Positions 35,563 through 40,366 of a stretch of DNA of 40,366 nt are shown here, in pieces (position 1 is the first letter of the stretch; every line of letters starts with the position of its first letter). This DNA comes from an uncultured bacterium. GTDB taxonomy: Bacteria; SAR324; NAC60-12. A program made the position numbers and the translations under genes. The notes beneath the pieces are model-generated. The model had not been told where the DNA came from. It saw only the letters and a list, made by a program, of their open reading frames with translations, and did not search any database. The DNA lies in assembly GCA_965662235.1 (NCBI GenBank), contig CBFIGY010000027.1, positions 1 through 40,366 of the forward strand. The letters run 5' to 3'.

Positions 35563-38500
35563 ATGTACCACCCACTTCTCATTCAAGGAAAATCCTTCTT
35601 TCAGGAAAAGCTGGCAAGCCTCAGTGACGCAGAAAAAGAGCTGTTCGTGGTTCTGTTGCTGGTCCATGAGTCCATCTCCAAATCGAACCTCTGGACCAAA
35701 ATTTCCTCAGGCCCCTTCAGTGACCACCTGAAGGTCAAGAAGAACCTCTATGCAGCTTGGGAGAAGATCCAGAAGCACTCCGACTGGATTGAGGAAGGAA
35801 TCTATGGCGGGCAGCTGATGCTGACTTCTGCAGGACGGGGGGTCGCCCGGTTCCTTGCCCGAGAGACCCCCAACTTTTCAGAGATGTGCGAGTACATCAT
35901 CCAGCGCTTCCCCTTCGGCTCCTACCGTCACAATCACGGACTCGACCCCCGGGAACTTGAAAAGCGGTGGCTCACCGAAAACTACAAAGACCTGCAGGAA
36001 GGCCTCCAGCCTCTGATCAAGATCCTTGATGAGTACGAGGAGGGCTTCTTCTCGCCCACTTGGATAGGCTTCCTTCACGACCGGTTCCTCAATCCCTGGA
36101 TTCCAGAAGCGTTTGCCCAGCTGCCTCTGGAACAGCAGCAGCGCTTCCTCAGGAGTGGGCTGCAGGGGTTCCTGAACCTAGACTACCCCCTTGCTCTGGA
36201 GACGCTGGAGTACCTAGAGCAGCAGCTGCATCAGGACCCGAAGGCTTGGATGGAGTTCATGGTGCCGCTGGGGGTCACCTACCTCCGGCAGGGGAAGTTT
36301 CAGCAGGTGGCAGCTCTGCAGGAGCATCTGTCCACCAGCGAGGACGCCTTCTGGCAGCTGAAGGGCACCGAGGCTTTTTTCAAGGGAGACTATGCCGCAG
36401 CCCTGAAGGCCCTGCAAAAGGGATTCACCCTCTTCAACCAAGGGGTCCGGGGACGCAAACATCCCCTTCCCGGGCTCCCAGGCAGCCTGATGCCTCTGGC
36501 CATGATTGGCACCAACCCAGAGGCTGGGGTCGAAGACGCCGTGACCTTTCTGCGGAAGCTCGCCCTGACCGGATCGCCCTTCCTCAAGACCCTGCTGGCC
36601 AAGCTGACCGCGGCGCCCCTCAAGCTCAACGAGTTCGACACGTACAAGGACATCAGCGATTCCTGGTTCATCATCCCCCTCCCGCTCTGGAGCGGTGAAT
36701 CCGAACCGGACACAGATTTCCTCCAGTCGGAGTTTGTGGAGGATGAGATCATGCCGATGCTGGAGATACGGCAGCTCCTCTGGGACCTTCAGCAACTGCG
36801 GTGGCTCCAGGAAAACCAGCGGGAGAAGGTCTTCCCGACTCATCACTCCATTCCGGAGACGTTTGTCAGCCTGATCCACCTGCGTCCTAGGGAAGAGGAG
36901 TGGGAGCGGGCCCTCAAGGTTCTCTCCGCCTTTGGTCAGGTCAATGCCGCCTCAGCCTCCAAGTCGCAGCAGCAGCAGCGGCTGGCCTGGCGGGTGGACC
37001 TCAAGCAGCAGCGGCTGACCCCGGTGGCCCAGCGACAGAACAAAACCGGGGCCTGGAGCGATGGACGCGTGGTGGCCCTCAAGCGCCTCAAGGGCGGGCT
37101 GCCGTTCATGAGCGAGCAGGACTACCAGGTTGCCAGCCAGATCCGGGAGCACCGCTCCTCGTACTACTACTCCCGGGAGTATGACCTTCCCTTTGACAAG
37201 GCCCTTCCACTCTTGGCCGGACACCCGTTGCTGTTTCAAGAAGGCACCCAGAACCTTCCTCTGGAGCTGGTCACCGGGAAACCGGAACTGCTGGTTCAGG
37301 AGACCCCCAAGGGCTTCAAGCTCACCTTCCCCTATAAGCTCTCTTCAAACTCCTCGCTGGTGCTGCAGAAGGAGACCCCCACGCGTTACCGAATGGTGAT
37401 CTTCTCTCCGGAACAGCGTCAGCTGCGGGAGGTCTTTCAGCAGCAGGCCCTCACCATTCCGGCTTCGGGGAAGGAGCAGCTTTCCAAAACCCTGAACAAC
37501 CTCTCGGCCATCATTCCGGTCACCTCTCCGCTCGGCATTGGGGAAGAGGAGCTTCCGGAGGTGCCCGCCAGCACACAGATCCATGCCCACCTGCTCCCGC
37601 TCGGCGAGGGGCTTCGGCTGGAGCTGCTGGTCCGGCCCCTTGGAGACGGTGGCCCCTACTCGCCTCCGGGCAAGGGCAGCGTGCTCTGGGTGGGAGACGT
37701 GCAGAAGCAGCGGACCCAGACCAAGCGGTCTCTCAAAAAGGAACGGGATGCCCTGGAGCACGTGCTGGCGCAGGCCCCGTACCTGAGCGAGTGGCCTCAT
37801 GACGACGGCGAATGGCGTTTTGAAGATCCGGAAGACTGCCTAGAGATCCTTCAGGAGCTTCAGGAGCTGGGGGATCAGGTGCAGGTGGAGTGGCCTGAAG
37901 GGCAGTCCCTCCGCCTCACCCGCAGAGTTGACCTCGCGGACCTGACGTTGCAGATCAAGCAGAAGCGAGACTGGTTTCAGGTGGACGGCGCCGTCGAGCT
38001 CAGTCCGGAGCAGACCCTATCGCTGCAGGCCCTGCTGAACCTGCTGGAGCACCGACGCGGACGCTTTGTCCCACTCGGCGATCAGCAGTTCCTTGCCCTG
38101 ACGGAGCAGTTCCAGAAGCGGTTGGAGGAGCTTCAGGCCTTCACCGAATCAGCAGGGAACCAGCTGCGCCTGCACGACTTTGCGGCCCCGGCTCTGGAGG
38201 AGTGGGTGGACTCTGTGGGGAAGCTCGAAACCGACGCCCGCTGGAAGGAGCGTCTGCAGAAGCTCCGGGAGGCCCAGTCCCTCACCCCGGCCGTTCCATC
38301 CACGCTGCAGGCCCAGCTCCGGGACTACCAGCAGGAGGGCTTCACCTGGCTCACCCGCCTGGCCCACTGGGAAGCGGGCGCCTGTCTGGCAGATGACATG
38401 GGCCTGGGCAAGACCCTTCAGGCCATTGCCGTCCTCCTAGAGCGCGCTCCCCAGGGGCCGGCGCTGGTGCTGGCACCGGCTTCGGTGGCCCAGAACTGGG

Positions 38501-39699
38501 TCCGGGAGATCCACCGCTTCGCCCCCACCCTCCGTCCTGTTCTGCTCGCCTTTGAAGACCGCCAGCAGGTGGTGCAAGCGGCCGAGCCCTTTGAGGTCAT
38601 CATCAGCAGCTACGGTCTCTTGCCCCAGGAGACCGAAACGCTCTGTGCACGACGCTGGAGCACGCTGGTGCTCGATGAAGCACAGGCCATCAAGAACGCT
38701 GCCACCAAGCGGTCTCAGTCAGTAATGAAGCTGGAGGCGGACTTCCGGGTGGCCACCACCGGCACCCCCATGGAAAACCACCTGGGCGAGCTATGGAACC
38801 TGTTCCGTTTCCTCAATCCCGGACTCCTTGGGTCCCGTGAGCACTTCCAGTCCCGCTTCGCGGTTCCCATTGAACGGGACCACAATGCCGAGACCCGGCG
38901 GCGTCTGCGGAAGCTCATCCGGCCCTTCATCCTCCGGCGCCTCAAGCATGAGGTGCTCCACGAGCTTCCTCCCAAAACCGAAATTGTCCTTTCGGTGGAG
39001 CTGAGCGCAGAGGAGCGCGTCTTCTATGAAGCACTGCGGCAGAAGGCGTTGGAGGACCTAGCGCAAGAGGAACAGGCTCCTCCGGGCGCCCGGAACCTGA
39101 AGATCCTGGCTCAGATCACCCGACTCCGGCAGGCCTGCTGTCACCCCAAGCTGGTGCTCCCGGAGACGCCGCTGCCCGGATCCAAGCTGCAACTCTTTCA
39201 GGAGACCCTGGAAGAACTGCTGGAGAACCGGCACAAGGTGCTCGTCTTCAGCCAGTTTGTCTCTCACCTGAGCCTCCTTGAGGCCCACCTCCAGAAGCAG
39301 AAGATCGCCTACCAGTACCTCGATGGCAGCACCCCCCAGAAGCAACGGCAGCGCGCCATTGATGCCTTCCAGCGGGGCGAGGGGGACGTGTTCCTCATCA
39401 GCCTCAAGGCCGGGGGCACCGGCTTGAACCTGACCGCCGCCGACTACGTCATCCACATGGACCCATGGTGGAACCCTGCTGTGGAAGACCAGGCCTCCGA
39501 CCGCGCCCACCGCATCGGTCAGGAACGACCGGTGACCATTTACCGGTTGGTGACCCAAGGCACCATTGAGGAACGGATTGTCAGCCTCCATCATGAAAAG
39601 CGAGACCTGGCCAATAGCCTCCTGGAAGGCAACGACCGCCTCAGCCGCCTCTCTCCGGAAGACCTGCTGCAGCTCCTCAAGGAGGAACACTCTGCCTAA
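35563..39699 (+). CDS. SNF2-family (SF2) helicase/ATPase with a long N-terminal region
   Basis: LRDYQ, LADDMGLGKT, LDEAQAIKN, TGTPMENHLGEL, LRRLK, FSQF, SLKAGGTGLNL, DPWWNPAVEDQASDRAHRIGQ. Confidence 0.95.
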   Translation: MYHPLLIQGKSFFQEKLASLSDAEKELFVVLLLVHESISKSNLWTKISSGPFSDHLKVKKNLYAAWEKIQKHSDWIEEGIYGGQLMLTSAGRGVARFLARETPNFSEMCEYIIQRFPFGSYRHNHGLDPRELEKRWLTENYKDLQEGLQPLIKILDEYEEGFFSPTWIGFLHDRFLNPWIPEAFAQLPLEQQQRFLRSGLQGFLNLDYPLALETLEYLEQQLHQDPKAWMEFMVPLGVTYLRQGKFQQVAALQEHLSTSEDAFWQLKGTEAFFKGDYAAALKALQKGFTLFNQGVRGRKHPLPGLPGSLMPLAMIGTNPEAGVEDAVTFLRKLALTGSPFLKTLLAKLTAAPLKLNEFDTYKDISDSWFIIPLPLWSGESEPDTDFLQSEFVEDEIMPMLEIRQLLWDLQQLRWLQENQREKVFPTHHSIPETFVSLIHLRPREEEWERALKVLSAFGQVNAASASKSQQQQRLAWRVDLKQQRLTPVAQRQNKTGAWSDGRVVALKRLKGGLPFMSEQDYQVASQIREHRSSYYYSREYDLPFDKALPLLAGHPLLFQEGTQNLPLELVTGKPELLVQETPKGFKLTFPYKLSSNSSLVLQKETPTRYRMVIFSPEQRQLREVFQQQALTIPASGKEQLSKTLNNLSAIIPVTSPLGIGEEELPEVPASTQIHAHLLPLGEGLRLELLVRPLGDGGPYSPPGKGSVLWVGDVQKQRTQTKRSLKKERDALEHVLAQAPYLSEWPHDDGEWRFEDPEDCLEILQELQELGDQVQVEWPEGQSLRLTRRVDLADLTLQIKQKRDWFQVDGAVELSPEQTLSLQALLNLLEHRRGRFVPLGDQQFLALTEQFQKRLEELQAFTESAGNQLRLHDFAAPALEEWVDSVGKLETDARWKERLQKLREAQSLTPAVPSTLQAQLRDYQQEGFTWLTRLAHWEAGACLADDMGLGKTLQAIAVLLERAPQGPALVLAPASVAQNWVREIHRFAPTLRPVLLAFEDRQQVVQAAEPFEVIISSYGLLPQETETLCARRWSTLVLDEAQAIKNAATKRSQSVMKLEADFRVATTGTPMENHLGELWNLFRFLNPGLLGSREHFQSRFAVPIERDHNAETRRRLRKLIRPFILRRLKHEVLHELPPKTEIVLSVELSAEERVFYEALRQKALEDLAQEEQAPPGARNLKILAQITRLRQACCHPKLVLPETPLPGSKLQLFQETLEELLENRHKVLVFSQFVSHLSLLEAHLQKQKIAYQYLDGSTPQKQRQRAIDAFQRGEGDVFLISLKAGGTGLNLTAADYVIHMDPWWNPAVEDQASDRAHRIGQERPVTIYRLVTQGTIEERIVSLHHEKRDLANSLLEGNDRLSRLSPEDLLQLLKEEHSA

Positions 39700-39811
39700 G
39701 GACCGCCTCCTCGGCAGCCCCGGCAAGCTCCTCGGTCAGAAGCCCCACGGCCTCGCCCACAACGAGGTCCGGTGCCTCTGATGAAGGAAGAAAATAAGAT
39801 CCAGAGGATCA

Positions 39812-40201
39812 GAGGGAGGAGATTCGTTTGTGGTGACCACTCTGTCTCGGTTTGCTCGTTCCATCACTGACCTCTGGAAGCAGGTGGAGTTGCTGGGCAG
39901 CAAAGGAGTCACTCTCCAGATCCTGGACATGAATCTGGATACTTCCCCTTCAACGGGGAAGTTGTTGCTGTCCATGCTCGGTGCTGTCTATCAGTTTGAG
40001 AGGGAGATTCTGCTGGAGCGACAGATGGTCGGAATTGAGAAGGCGAAGCGAGCAGGGAAGTTCAAGGGGCGGGTTCCCACTGCCAAACGGAAGACAGCAG
40101 AAATCCAGCAGTTGACCGAGCAGGGACTGAAACCGCAGCAGATTGCGGACAAATTGAAAATCGGGATTGCCAGTGTTTATCGGTATCGGAATCAATCTTA
40201 G
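39812..40201 (+). pseudogene. N-terminally truncated serine recombinase (resolvase/invertase)
   Basis: 'GDSFVVTTLSRFARS...GKLLLSMLGAVYQFEREILLERQ..GI..AK..GK..GR' plus C-terminal HTH (GIASVYRY); in-frame stop at 39782 and no YxRVS catalytic motif. Confidence 0.8.
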
Positions 40202-40262
40202 GAAAATTTTTCAGCATGGTAACTCAATGAGCGAACTCGAGAGAGAGTTCCTCGCCGTAGTT

Positions 40263-40366
40263 CTAGCAATCTTTGTTGTTGATGATGCCGTCAGGCATCT
40301 TGGTGTTACAGAATTTGGCATCCTTCAGATCGGCATAAATCAAGTTGGCACCAGACAGGTTGGCAT
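40263..40366 (-). CDS. Pentapeptide-repeat protein, 3' end only (runs off the window)
   Basis: Translates to ANLSGANLIYADLKDAKFCNTKMPDGIINNKDC*. Confidence 0.85.
   Translation of the reverse strand, partial: ANLSGANLIYADLKDAKFCNTKMPDGIINNKDC

Overview
A GC-rich bacterial chromosomal segment of mostly housekeeping and accessory genes. The gene mix tentatively suggests a marine Deltaproteobacteria/SAR324-like diderm; this is inference only. It holds about 38 CDSs (modF-like, cidA/lrgB, polyamine deacetylase, bioD-like, udk, K+ channel, apt, LTA-synthase family, folC, hflC, prmA, ROK kinase, comF, dGTPase, lon, MFS, SNF2 helicase) and two tRNAs: Leu-TAG and an uncommon Arg-TCG. A truncated serine resolvase and the end of a pentapeptide-repeat gene lie at the right edge. 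Main points of interest: (i) a PARIS-like ABC-ATPase + DUF4435/TOPRIM pair translationally coupled to an upstream alpha/beta hydrolase; (ii) a tight lon - tandem TerB - dGTPase - lipoprotein operon, a candidate stress/defence module; (iii) an AT-rich array of alternating TTTTC(C/G)GAAAA sites, including a perfect 15-bp inverted repeat, upstream of a putative outer-membrane barrel and a Thr-rich repeat lipoprotein; (iv) strong over-representation of the palindrome TCCGGA in host-like DNA, scarce in the atypical segments. No CRISPR array, rRNA or intact mobile element was seen. All calls come from reading motifs by eye, without database searches.
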